Below, piece by piece: positions 33,544-42,132 of a stretch of DNA of 64,000 nucleotides. The notes under the pieces are model-generated. The model was given only the letters and a program-made list of their open reading frames with translations, searched no databases and had not been told where the DNA came from. Made by a program: the position numbers and the translations under genes. The stretch's first letter is position 1. Every line of letters starts with the position of its first letter. The stretch is from Longimicrobiales bacterium (lineage in GTDB: Bacteria; Gemmatimonadota; Gemmatimonadetes; Longimicrobiales; Gaopeijiaceae): positions 74,013-138,012 of the forward strand of contig OZ244873.1 in the NCBI GenBank assembly GCA_965221265.1, read 5' to 3'.

Positions 33544-35688
33544 CTACATCGCCGGCCGCGCCTTCAGCCACTGCGCCCACCAGTCCAGCTGAACCCAGGC
33601 GCGGTGCACGGTGCGCCAGGGCGTCCACCCGCCGTGGTAGGACTCGGGATAGCGCACGAACTTGGCCGGCACGCCCTGTTTGTGCAGCGCGACGTACATC
33701 TGTTCGGCCTCCTCGATGGGCACCCGATGGTCGGATTCGCCGTGCACGAACAGGGTCGGCGTGGTCACCCCGTCGGCGTGGATGATGGGCGAGGAGCGCA
33801 GCAGGTTGGCGAGCCCGCGCTCCTCCCACGGGGGTCCGAAGAACTCGCTCTCCTTGGTGCGCGGGATGTCGGCGACGCCGTAGTCGCTGACCCAGTTGGA
33901 GATGGAGGCCCCCGCGACGGCGGCCGCGAAGCGGTCGGTTTGGGTGATAACCCAGTTGGTCAGGTAGCCGCCGTAGGAGTAGCCGGTCACGCCCATGCGC
34001 CCGGTGTCGATGCGGTACTCGTCGATGGCGTGGTCGACGCCGGCCATCACGTCCTCGTAGTCGTTGAACCCCCATCCGCCCCACGTGCCCCAGCGGAAGT
34101 CCTCGCCGTAGCCGGTGGAGGCGCGCGGGTTGGTGTAGAGCACCATGTACCCCTGGGCCGCCAGCAGCTGGCGGTCGAAGGAGAAGTCGTTTCCGTACAT
34201 CCCGTGCGGCCCCCCGTGCATCGCGAGGATCATCGGGAAGTCGCCGCCACCCGCCTCGTAGCCCCGCGCCGGGAGCATCCATCCCTCGACCCGGGTGCCG
34301 TCGGGGCTGTGGAAGACGAGGTGCTCGGGCTCGGAGAGATGGAGCTCGGCCAGCAGCGCCGCGTTCACCTCGCTCAGCCGGGTCTCGCCGGCGCCCGACG
34401 CGGACGCGACGTGGATGTCGCCCGGCTCGGTGGGCGTCGTGGCCCGGTAGGCCATGCGCGAGAAGTCCGACGAGAACGAGAAGCCCGCGAGGCGCCGGTC
34501 GCCCTGGGTGACCTGTTCGACCGCCCCGCCCGACACGGGCACGCGGAAGAGGTGGGTGTTGCCGCGCACCCCGGCGGAGAAGTGGACGTGGCCGTCCGGC
34601 GAGGTGGTGGGCGCGCCGGGGATCAGGTCCCACTCGGCCGTGAGGTTGGCGCGGCCACTCCCGTCGGGGTCGAAGGCGAACAGGTCGTTGGGGGCGCCGC
34701 GGTCCCGCCCCTCGCGGATCACCACGTCCAGCCCCTCGTTGCCGCGCACCACGATGCGGCGGCCGTCCGCCGACCAGGCGGGCGAGGAGTAGTTGTACTC
34801 GTCGTCGGTGAGGCGGGTGACCGTGCCACCCAGGTCGACGGTCCAGAGGTCCGCCCGTTCGTAGGTCCGTTCGTCGCGCTGGTGCGCGTCGGCGGTGAAG
34901 GCGAGGCGGCGGCCGTCGGGACTCCACGCCAGCCCGGCGGCGTCGACGTTCAGGCCGGTCAGGCGGCGGGGCTCGCCCCCGGCGGCCGGGAGCACGTACA
35001 CCTCCCGGGGCGGGGTGGCGGCGGGGTCGCGGGGGTCGGGCAGGTAGCCGCGCCGGTCGAAGCGGTAGTTCATCCAGTCGTACATGCGCCCGTCGAACCG
35101 TTCCGCCACGCGGCGCTCGAAGTCGGACTCGTACGCCGGTTCGGGACTCGGCGGCGGCGGGGTGGGCCGGGTGAACGCGATCCAGGCGCCGTCCGGGCTG
35201 AACACGGGCGACCCCCCCAACCCCTCGATTTGGAAGGCCTCGCCGGCGGGCCGGTCCATGCGCAGGAACCAGGTGCCGCCCGCGCTCTGGCCGTCCCCGG
35301 CCGGCCGGTCCGACGTGAAGACGAGCAGACGCCCGTCCGGCGACCAGCGCGGCCCGGAGGCGCCGAAGCTCGGGCTGGTGAGGCGCACCGGCTCCCCGCT
35401 TCCATCGGAGTCCACAAGCCAGATCCCGCTGTGGCTCCGGTTCTCCTCCTCGAGGACGGAGGTGACCACGAACGCCACCCGCGAGCCATCCGGCGAAATG
35501 GCCGGAGCGGCGGCGTTCCTCAGCCGGTAGTAGTCCTCCAGCTCGATGGGCCTGCCCTGCTGGGCGTCAAGGTCGGGCGCGGCCGGAAACGCGCCGACTA
35601 GGACGGCGACCAGGAGCGGGACGGCGAGGGAACGTCCAGGCGGGGCGGCGAGGGAACGCTCGAGCGGGGCGGCGGATCGCGGAATCAT
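33544..35688 (-). CDS. S9-family serine peptidase (prolyl oligopeptidase / acylaminoacyl-peptidase-like) with N-terminal TolB-like beta-propeller
   Basis: Nucleophile elbow GYSYGG, signal peptide, propeller repeats (SPDGxxxAF). Alternative start 35721. Confidence 0.85.
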   Translation of the reverse strand: MIPRSAAPLERSLAAPPGRSLAVPLLVAVLVGAFPAAPDLDAQQGRPIELEDYYRLRNAAAPAISPDGSRVAFVVTSVLEEENRSHSGIWLVDSDGSGEPVRLTSPSFGASGPRWSPDGRLLVFTSDRPAGDGQSAGGTWFLRMDRPAGEAFQIEGLGGSPVFSPDGAWIAFTRPTPPPPSPEPAYESDFERRVAERFDGRMYDWMNYRFDRRGYLPDPRDPAATPPREVYVLPAAGGEPRRLTGLNVDAAGLAWSPDGRRLAFTADAHQRDERTYERADLWTVDLGGTVTRLTDDEYNYSSPAWSADGRRIVVRGNEGLDVVIREGRDRGAPNDLFAFDPDGSGRANLTAEWDLIPGAPTTSPDGHVHFSAGVRGNTHLFRVPVSGGAVEQVTQGDRRLAGFSFSSDFSRMAYRATTPTEPGDIHVASASGAGETRLSEVNAALLAELHLSEPEHLVFHSPDGTRVEGWMLPARGYEAGGGDFPMILAMHGGPHGMYGNDFSFDRQLLAAQGYMVLYTNPRASTGYGEDFRWGTWGGWGFNDYEDVMAGVDHAIDEYRIDTGRMGVTGYSYGGYLTNWVITQTDRFAAAVAGASISNWVSDYGVADIPRTKESEFFGPPWEERGLANLLRSSPIIHADGVTTPTLFVHGESDHRVPIEEAEQMYVALHKQGVPAKFVRYPESYHGGWTPWRTVHRAWVQLDWWAQWLKARPAM

Positions 35689-35811
35689 GGCGTGCTCCGG
35701 GCGCGGGGGATCTTCGTGCAATGTGGGACGCCGGCAGCCGAGCGTCCACGGGCCGTCAAGCGGTTTCGTTGGAGCGGCCCGGCGCCCCGCCCCTCTCGGT
35801 GCGCCGCGGAC

Positions 35812-36237
35812 TCATCCCCGGGCCGCCAATTCCTCCCGGAAGGCTTCCGGGGTCAGGATGGGGACGGCGAGCCCCGTTGCGAGCTCCAACAGACCCGAGT
35901 CGCCGGTGACGAGCGCGTGGGCCCGGCCCGACAACGCGAGTTCGAGGAAGGGCACGTCATGGGGATCGCGACACTCGGGGAGTGCGGGCGACCCCTCGGC
36001 GATGATCGTCTCGCAGTGGGGCAGGTAGTCCGCCAAGAGGTCCTCGCGCTCTCGATGGGTGAGGCCGAATTTGGGATACGCCAAGACACGGATGAGCTCC
36101 GACGCCGTCCGCCGGCTCACCAGGGGAAGCACCGTCCCCGATTGCCACGCGCCCCGCAGCCAACTCACCCGCCCCGACGGGAATAGGAGCGCCGACACCA
36201 GCACGTTGGTGTCGAACACCACCCGGGGCGGCTTCAT
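35812..36237 (-). CDS. PIN-domain toxin of a type II toxin-antitoxin pair
   Basis: VVFDTNVLVSALL ... PHDVPFLELALSGRAHALVTGD (PIN acidic residues). ATG overlaps the antitoxin stop (ATGA). Confidence 0.8.
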   Translation of the reverse strand: MKPPRVVFDTNVLVSALLFPSGRVSWLRGAWQSGTVLPLVSRRTASELIRVLAYPKFGLTHREREDLLADYLPHCETIIAEGSPALPECRDPHDVPFLELALSGRAHALVTGDSGLLELATGLAVPILTPEAFREELAARG

Positions 36238-36458
36238 TCGGGGCGACGAGCCCAGTCCACGGCGCGAGCCACGTCGGTCTCGGAGAGACCCAGCTCCGCG
36301 AGCTTGGCGCGTACCGCGTCGGATCGGGTCAGTCGGACGGGCGTCAGCACGATTCGGCCGCGCTCCCGGGTCACATCGAAGTACTCGGTTTCCGGGAAGG
36401 TGGAGATGACGGCCTTGGGCAGGGTGAGCTGATTCTTGGATGTCAGCTTCGCGAGCAC
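36234..36458 (-). CDS. AbrB/MazE/SpoVT-family antitoxin
   Basis: MLAKLTSKNQLTLPKAVISTF: swapped-hairpin DNA-binding N-terminus typical of AbrB/MazE antitoxins. 74 aa. Confidence 0.8.
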   Translation of the reverse strand: MLAKLTSKNQLTLPKAVISTFPETEYFDVTRERGRIVLTPVRLTRSDAVRAKLAELGLSETDVARAVDWARRPE

Positions 36459-36644
36459 GATCTCCTCCCGCGTTGACCTCCTCCCGCGTTGACGGACCTC
36501 GGGGAGGCTGGATTCCTGTTTGCATGGACTCCTTTATTCCTTATTATCGCGAGAGAGCTCCGCTCCATCAAGTGGACGTGCCCCCCGGGGAGCACGCCGG
36601 ACACCTCGGCTTGACCGGGGGCGACCGCGCCCGAATGGTATCCC

Positions 36645-37943
36645 ATGACCCCGACCCGACCCCACGGACCGGACGCCCCCGCCATGACGCATCTCCGCCG
36701 ACTCCGCCAAGCGCGCCTCCCCGCGGCCCCCTCCGAGGCCCGCCCCACCCCCGCCCACCACGCCGCGCACCGCCGTTCCGCGGCCTTGCTCGCCGCGTGG
36801 GCCCTCGCCTCGGCGGCGGCCGCCACCGCCCAGGGGACCGTCGTCACGCGCGCCGCCCCCGCCGACGTCGGCATGTCGGCCGGCGTCCTCGCCGGGGGCG
36901 TCGCGCTCTACGAGGAGGCCATCGAGCGCGGCGACCTGGTCGGCGCGGTGCTGCTGGTGGCCAAGGACGGCCACGTCGTGTTGCACGAGGCGCTCGGGTG
37001 GCGCGACAAGGCGCGCGGCATCCCCATGGAGCGCAACACCATGTTCCGCATGGCCTCCAACACCAAGCCGCCGGTGGCCACGGCCATCGCCATGCTGGTG
37101 GAGGACGGCAGGCTCGCGTACGACGACCTGGTGCGGGAGCACATGCCCGCGTGGGACACCTACCGCGCCGGCTTCATCAACATCGGCCACCTGCTCTCGC
37201 ACGCGAGCGGGCTCCGCATCCCCACCCTCTTCCTGCGTCCGTACATGGAGCCGTCCCCCGAACACCCGGACGCCCCCACCCTGCAACTGGAGGCGGCGCG
37301 CTTCGGCGCCGTGGGCGCGGAGGCCATCCCCGGCACCACCTACAGCTACAACAACCCCGGCTACAACACCTTGGGCGCCCTCGTCGAGATCGCTTCCGGC
37401 ATGCCGCTGGAGGAGTACCTCGACCGCGAGATCTACACCCCCCTGGGCATGGACGACAGCTACCACCACGAAGTGGCGGAGAAAATGGACGGCAAGCTGG
37501 ACCGCATGGGCGTGGTGTACTACGAGCGCGGCGGCGAGGGCGGGTGGATGCCCGGATGGACCCCCGGCGACCCACCCCAAGTCCCGTTCGTGCGGGCCTC
37601 GGGGGGCATGATTTCGACCGCCGACGACTACGTGGTCTTCTGTCAGATGTTCCTGAACGGCGGCACCTACGACGGCGCGCGCCTCATCTCCGAGGAGACG
37701 GTGGCGCTGATGACCTCGCCCAAGATCCGCACCAACCCCGGCTCGGAGGGACCGGCGGGGTATTACGGATACGGATGGTCGGTGTCGGAGGACGGCGTGT
37801 ACGCGCATACCGGATCCGACGGCACGGGCGCCTGGGTGGACCCCTCGACCAACTTGATCGTGCTGGTGTTCACGCAGACGCCGCGGGGCCGCAACCCGGT
37901 CGAACGTTTCCGCGAGATCGTCAACCTGGCGATGGAGGGATGA
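36645..37943 (+). CDS. serine hydrolase, beta-lactamase/PBP (class C-like) family, secreted
   Basis: SxxK motif MASNTKP, YxN-like segment, HASG. Long Arg-rich signal. Alternative start 36686. Confidence 0.85.
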   Translation: MTPTRPHGPDAPAMTHLRRLRQARLPAAPSEARPTPAHHAAHRRSAALLAAWALASAAAATAQGTVVTRAAPADVGMSAGVLAGGVALYEEAIERGDLVGAVLLVAKDGHVVLHEALGWRDKARGIPMERNTMFRMASNTKPPVATAIAMLVEDGRLAYDDLVREHMPAWDTYRAGFINIGHLLSHASGLRIPTLFLRPYMEPSPEHPDAPTLQLEAARFGAVGAEAIPGTTYSYNNPGYNTLGALVEIASGMPLEEYLDREIYTPLGMDDSYHHEVAEKMDGKLDRMGVVYYERGGEGGWMPGWTPGDPPQVPFVRASGGMISTADDYVVFCQMFLNGGTYDGARLISEETVALMTSPKIRTNPGSEGPAGYYGYGWSVSEDGVYAHTGSDGTGAWVDPSTNLIVLVFTQTPRGRNPVERFREIVNLAMEG

Positions 37944-38186
37944 CGCATTGAGGGGGTGGCGGGCGTGGGTGCTTGGTGGCTGAACGGCGATGGCCCGAAC
38001 GCGTGGGCCACGTGACGTATCGTGGTCGTGCGCGCGTCGCGGGGTGGACCGCGCGGCGGCGGGCGCGCGGCCCATGCGCCGGCGGCCTCGGCGATCCGGA
38101 GGACTTCGTGGTAGATTGATGGAATGGCCCCACCCGCCCACGCCGCCGGGCCGGCCCCGGCCCGCGCCCTGATACCGAGGATCCCC

Positions 38187-38822
38187 ATGAATCGGCTTCG
38201 CCCCCTCGTCGGCATCCCCGTCCTGCTCCTCCTCTCCTCCTGTGGGACGGGCGAGGCGGGCAACGTCAATGGCGCCCGAACGTCGGAGGGCGCTCCGGAG
38301 ACCGGCGCCGTCCTTGGCGCTCCGGCGACCGACCGCGCCTCGGGTCCCGAAGTGGCCGGGGAAGTCGCATCCGGCGGGGTCGGCGGGGAAGCCGCGACCT
38401 TGGCGACGTCGCCCGCGCGGCCCGACGCAGACGCCAACGCCCTGCCGAAGGCTCTCGTCTACAAGACGCCGAGCTGCGGCTGCTGCAGCCTGTGGGTCGA
38501 TCACATGCGGGAGGCCGGCTTCGAGGTCGACGCGCGCGACCTGAACGACATCATCCCGGTGAAGATGGACGCGGGCGTGCCGCTCGGGATGACGACCTGT
38601 CACACGACGCTCATCGATGGCTATGTGGTCGAGGGCCACGTCCCGGCCGAGCAGGTCAAGCGTCTGCTCGACGAGCGACCCGACATCGTGGGCATCGCGG
38701 TGCCGGGCATGCCCATCGGCTCCCCGGGCATGGAGGGCATCGGCGCGCGACCGTACCGGGTGCTCTCGTGGGATCGCCAGGGCAGGGTGGAGGTCTTCGC
38801 GGAGGTGGATCCACGCCGGTGA
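38187..38822 (+). CDS. DUF411-family periplasmic metal-binding lipoprotein (CopG-like, copper-resistance associated)
   Basis: Lipobox LLLSSCG. CGCC motif YKTPSCGCCSLWVDHM, and MTTCHTT. Confidence 0.75.
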   Translation: MNRLRPLVGIPVLLLLSSCGTGEAGNVNGARTSEGAPETGAVLGAPATDRASGPEVAGEVASGGVGGEAATLATSPARPDADANALPKALVYKTPSCGCCSLWVDHMREAGFEVDARDLNDIIPVKMDAGVPLGMTTCHTTLIDGYVVEGHVPAEQVKRLLDERPDIVGIAVPGMPIGSPGMEGIGARPYRVLSWDRQGRVEVFAEVDPRR

Positions 38823-38908
38823 ACGCCCGGGCGGGGTGAGCCCGGACCGTCCCTCCTTCGACGGGGACGCCGCGCGCCCCCCGCCTCCCGCCCCCGCCTC
38901 GCGTCCCC

Positions 38909-38938
38909 TTGACATCCCCGGAAGGGGAAGCATACTTC
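38909..38938 (+). promoter_or_regulatory. sigma70-like promoter (TTGACA - 16/18 nt - CATACT/TACTTC) upstream of the riboswitch
   Basis: ttgacatccccggaaggggaagcatacttcca. Confidence 0.4.
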
Positions 38939-38943
38939 CACGC

Positions 38944-39066
38944 AACTCATCGAGACCGGCTGAGGGACTGGCCCTGTGAAGCCGGGGCAACCGGATCGTT
39001 CTCCCTGGAGAGCGATCAGCGGTGCCAACTCCCGCGGGTTCCGGAAATGGAATCCGAGAGATGAGT
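38944..39066 (+). promoter_or_regulatory. SAM-I (S-box) riboswitch
   Basis: cTCATCgAGAccggcTGAGGGAcTGGCCCtgTGAaGCCggGGCAACC ... GGTGCCAAcTCC ... GAGAGATGAG. The P1 halves CUCAUC/GAUGAG, the GGGA...GGCCC pseudoknot/P2 elements, and the GCAACC and GGUGCCAA consensus blocks are all present. Confidence 0.8.
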
Positions 39067-39274
39067 GCCTCGGTCGGCTCCTCGCCGCCCGGCGGTTCCA
39101 GGGGTTGGCATCGCGTCCAACCCGTGGAGAGCCAGCATGCGAGCGACCACCGCCCCACCCCGCCCGACCCCCGCGCCGCCGTTCCTTCCCGCCGCCAACG
39201 CGCGCGCTTCCAATGACGGTCGGCCTCCGGCCGCCCCCGCGCTGCCACCCACCGCCCGTCGCGGGACCGTCTCC

Positions 39275-41518
39275 ATGCCCCGGGGGTGGAGGCCGGAGCT
39301 CGAGCCCGGGCTGAACGCGCGCTTCCGGGTTCCCTTCGAGTTGACCGGGGCGGAGGGTGCCCCGCTGCTCGTGCTTCTGGGTGGCATTTCGGCGGACCGC
39401 CACGTCTGCGCGAACCTCGCCGACCCGTCCGCGGGCTGGTGGCGTCGGATCGTCGGACCGGGGCTGGCCATCGATCCAAGCCGGTGGCGGGTGCTGGGCA
39501 TCGACTTCATCGGAGCGCCCGGCACCATCGATCCGCTGGGCGACCACGGGGGCCGGGCGCGGTTCAACGTCACCCCCGGCGACCAGGCCGACGCGGTGGC
39601 GGCCGTGCTCGACCACCTCGGCGAGGAGCGCGCGCACCGCGTGGTGGGGGCGTCCTACGGGGGCAACGTGGCGCTGGCGTTGGGCATCCGGCACGCCGAG
39701 CGCGCGGACGGCGTGGTGCTGGTGGCGGCGGCGCACCGCCCGCACCCCCTGGCCACCGGCGTGCGCGGCGCGCAGCGCGCGATCATGGAGCTCGGGCGCG
39801 ACCACGGCCGGGAGGCCGACGCCGTCGCCATCGCGCGCGCGCTGGCCTTCACGACCTACAAGACGGCCGCCGGGCTGGACGCGCGCTTCGACTTCGCCGC
39901 CGACGTGTCGGAGGGCCGCCCGGCACACCCCGTCGACGGGTATCTGCTCAGCCGCGGGCGCGCGTTCGCCGAGCGCTTCGACGCGCGGGCGTACCTCACG
40001 CTCTCCGGGTCCATCGACCTGTGCGACCTCCGACCCGAGGAGCTGACCCTGCCCAGCTGGCTGATCTCCTGGGAGGAGGACGGGCTGGTGCCGCTCTGGC
40101 TGGTGGAGGAGGCGCATCGTCGGGCCGGAGCGCGGTCCACCTTGCGCGTCTTGCGGTCGGCGGCCGGACACGACGCCTTCCTGCTCGCGGATCCCGCGTA
40201 CGCCGAGGCGCTGCGGGAAGCCTGCGCGCCCGCGGCCAACGGGCCGGGCGACGCGACGCGCGACGAGGGCGGGGAGGGCCACATCGGCGTGGGCGGCGCC
40301 CCCGGGACCGCGCGACGACGCGAACCCGCGCGCCCGACCCGGACGCGGGGAACCGAGTTGGTTCGGGCCGGGGTGGGCGACGACCCCGCCCACGGGGCGG
40401 TCATGCCCCCCGTCCATCTCTCCAGCAACTTCCGATTCCGGGCCTTGGGAGACGCGCCCAAGTACGACTACACCCGCTCGGGCAACCCCACCCGCGACCA
40501 TCTCGCCTCCGCGCTGGCGCGCCTGGAGGGCGGCGCGGGGGCGGTGGCGACCTCCTCGGGGATGTCCGCGGTGGCCGTCGTCCTCAACCTGCTCCGGGCC
40601 GACGATCTGGTGCTGGCCCCGCACGACTGCTATGGCGGCACCCACCGCCTGCTGACGGGCCTTCGGCGCCAGGGACGGCTGCGCGTGCGCTTCGTGGACT
40701 TCACCAACCCGGCCTCGCTCGCGGCCGGGCTTGAGGCCGCCCCGCGCATGATCTGGGTCGAGACCCCCAGCAACCCGCTCCTGCGCATCACCGACCTGGC
40801 CACCGTGGCGCGCGAGGCCCGACGCGTGGGAGCGATCGCGGTCGCCGACAACACCTTCCTCTCGCCGGCGCTCCAGCGGCCCCTGGACTTCGGCTTCGAC
40901 GTGGTGGTGCACTCCACCACCAAGTTCATCAACGGCCACAGCGACGTGGTGGGCGGGGCCGTGGTGGCGGCCGACGACGCGCTCGTCGAGGAGATCGCGT
41001 GGTGGACCAACGCCGCGGGCACGGCCCAGAGTCCCTTCGACAGCTACCTGGCGCTGCGCGGCGCGCGCACCCTCTTCGCCCGCACCCGCGTCCACGAGGA
41101 GAACGCGCGCGCGGTCGTCAACCTGCTGGCCTCGCATCCCGCCGTCGCGCGGGTGTGCCACCCGGGGCTAGCGACGCACCCCGGGCACCGCATCGCCCGC
41201 CGCCAGCAGTCCGGGTACGGCAGCCTCCTGAGCGTCGAGCTGGAGGGCGGTCGTCCCGCGGCCGAGGCGCTCCTCTCCCGGCTGCGCCTGTTCACCCTGG
41301 CCGAGTCGCTGGGCGGGGTGGAGAGCCTGGTCTGTCACCCGGCCACCATGACCCACGCGGCCATGGACGCGGCGGCCCAGGCGGTCGCGGGGATCGGCGA
41401 GGGTCTGCTTCGAATCTCCGTCGGCATCGAGTCGGCGGACGACCTGGTCGCCGACCTGGAGCAGGCGTTGCCGGGCGGCCGCGCGAAGGCCCACCTCGGC
41501 GCCGCGGGCCGTGGATGA
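39275..41518 (+). CDS. bifunctional fusion: N-terminal homoserine O-acetyltransferase-like alpha/beta hydrolase (MetX-like) + C-terminal Cys/Met-metabolism PLP enzyme (cystathionine gamma-synthase / O-acetylhomoserine sulfhydrylase-like)
   Basis: N-terminal half has GASYGG (GxSxG) and a C-terminal His. An ~45-aa Gly/Arg-rich linker follows. C-terminal half has STTKFINGHSDVVGG (PLP-Lys), same frame with no stop between. Start ambiguous (ATG 39275 or 39129). Confidence 0.65.
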   Translation: MPRGWRPELEPGLNARFRVPFELTGAEGAPLLVLLGGISADRHVCANLADPSAGWWRRIVGPGLAIDPSRWRVLGIDFIGAPGTIDPLGDHGGRARFNVTPGDQADAVAAVLDHLGEERAHRVVGASYGGNVALALGIRHAERADGVVLVAAAHRPHPLATGVRGAQRAIMELGRDHGREADAVAIARALAFTTYKTAAGLDARFDFAADVSEGRPAHPVDGYLLSRGRAFAERFDARAYLTLSGSIDLCDLRPEELTLPSWLISWEEDGLVPLWLVEEAHRRAGARSTLRVLRSAAGHDAFLLADPAYAEALREACAPAANGPGDATRDEGGEGHIGVGGAPGTARRREPARPTRTRGTELVRAGVGDDPAHGAVMPPVHLSSNFRFRALGDAPKYDYTRSGNPTRDHLASALARLEGGAGAVATSSGMSAVAVVLNLLRADDLVLAPHDCYGGTHRLLTGLRRQGRLRVRFVDFTNPASLAAGLEAAPRMIWVETPSNPLLRITDLATVAREARRVGAIAVADNTFLSPALQRPLDFGFDVVVHSTTKFINGHSDVVGGAVVAADDALVEEIAWWTNAAGTAQSPFDSYLALRGARTLFARTRVHEENARAVVNLLASHPAVARVCHPGLATHPGHRIARRQQSGYGSLLSVELEGGRPAAEALLSRLRLFTLAESLGGVESLVCHPATMTHAAMDAAAQAVAGIGEGLLRISVGIESADDLVADLEQALPGGRAKAHLGAAGRG

Positions 41519-41555
41519 ATCCGCCCGAGCGGCGAGAGCCGCGTGGCCCCACAGC
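41509..41555 (+). repeat. REP-like repeat, partial copy
   Basis: gtggatgaatccgcccgagcggcgagagccgcgtgg. Confidence 0.55.
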
Positions 41556-41569
41556 TACGAAATCCCTCG

Positions 41570-41598
41570 TTGACATCGCGGCGACTTTGGACTACACT
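41570..41598 (+). promoter_or_regulatory. promoter-like TTGACA - 17 nt - TACACT upstream of blaI
   Basis: ttgacatcgcggcgactttggactacact. Confidence 0.4.
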
Positions 41599-41604
41599 CT
41601 GGCT

Positions 41605-41618
41605 ACGAAGTTCTTCGT
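41605..41618 (+). promoter_or_regulatory. 14-bp dyad ACGAAG-TT-CTTCGT, candidate operator
   Basis: Sits between the -10 and the blaI start. BlaI/MecI repressors bind dyads overlapping their own promoters. Confidence 0.35.
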
Positions 41619-41679
41619 GAGCATGGAGTCCGCGCGGAGCGGACCCCGATAACGAGGAACGCCACGACAACCGGAAGGG

Positions 41680-42132
41680 GTGCGTCACATGGCCGAAACC
41701 GCTCGGGTGGAGGAGGCGCGGTCCGACGCGCGCGACTCGCGCGAGCCAACGCGGGAACCGGATCGCTTCACCCGCCGCGAGCTCGACATCATGAGCGTGC
41801 TGTGGCGTCGGGGTTCGGGGACGGTGGCCGAGGTGCGCGACGCGCTTGGCGAGGGCGTCGGCTACACCACCATCCTCAAGATGCTTCAGATTCTCGAGCG
41901 CAAGAACGCGGTTCGCCACGAGAAGGAAGGCCGCGCCCACCGCTACTTTCCCCTGGTCGAATCGGCGGATGCGGGTGGCAGCGCCCTCCGGCGGGTCATG
42001 AACAAGATCTTCCACGGCTCCGCCGAGCTGCTCCTCGCGACGTTGGTGGAGAACCGGGAGTTCGACGCCGAGGAGATCGCCCGCATGCGCGCGATCCTGG
42101 ACCGTGCCCGGGAAAAGGAGGATGACCGATGA
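41680..42132 (+). CDS. BlaI/MecI/CopY-family transcriptional repressor
   Basis: Winged-helix N-terminus ELDIMSVLWRRGSGTVAEVRDAL...GYTTILKMLQILERKNAV. ~140 aa followed by an M56 peptidase gene. Confidence 0.85.
   Translation: MRHMAETARVEEARSDARDSREPTREPDRFTRRELDIMSVLWRRGSGTVAEVRDALGEGVGYTTILKMLQILERKNAVRHEKEGRAHRYFPLVESADAGGSALRRVMNKIFHGSAELLLATLVENREFDAEEIARMRAILDRAREKEDDR

Noticed and set aside
39061-39274. ORF start at 39065 (MPRSAPRRPAV...) for the MetX-like fusion gene
   Set aside because: The ATG at 39061-39065 lies inside the P1 stem of the SAM riboswitch and the following 70 aa are low-complexity. A downstream start (39275, or 39129) is more plausible.
32923-39479. Very long alternate-frame ORFs (32923..35601 +, 33122..34927 -, 36534..39479 -, 38621..41161 -)
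   Set aside because: Antisense or out-of-frame to clearly identified genes (S9 peptidase, beta-lactamase-like, DUF411, MetX-like/CGS fusion). Composition dominated by R/G/A/P. No conserved motifs.
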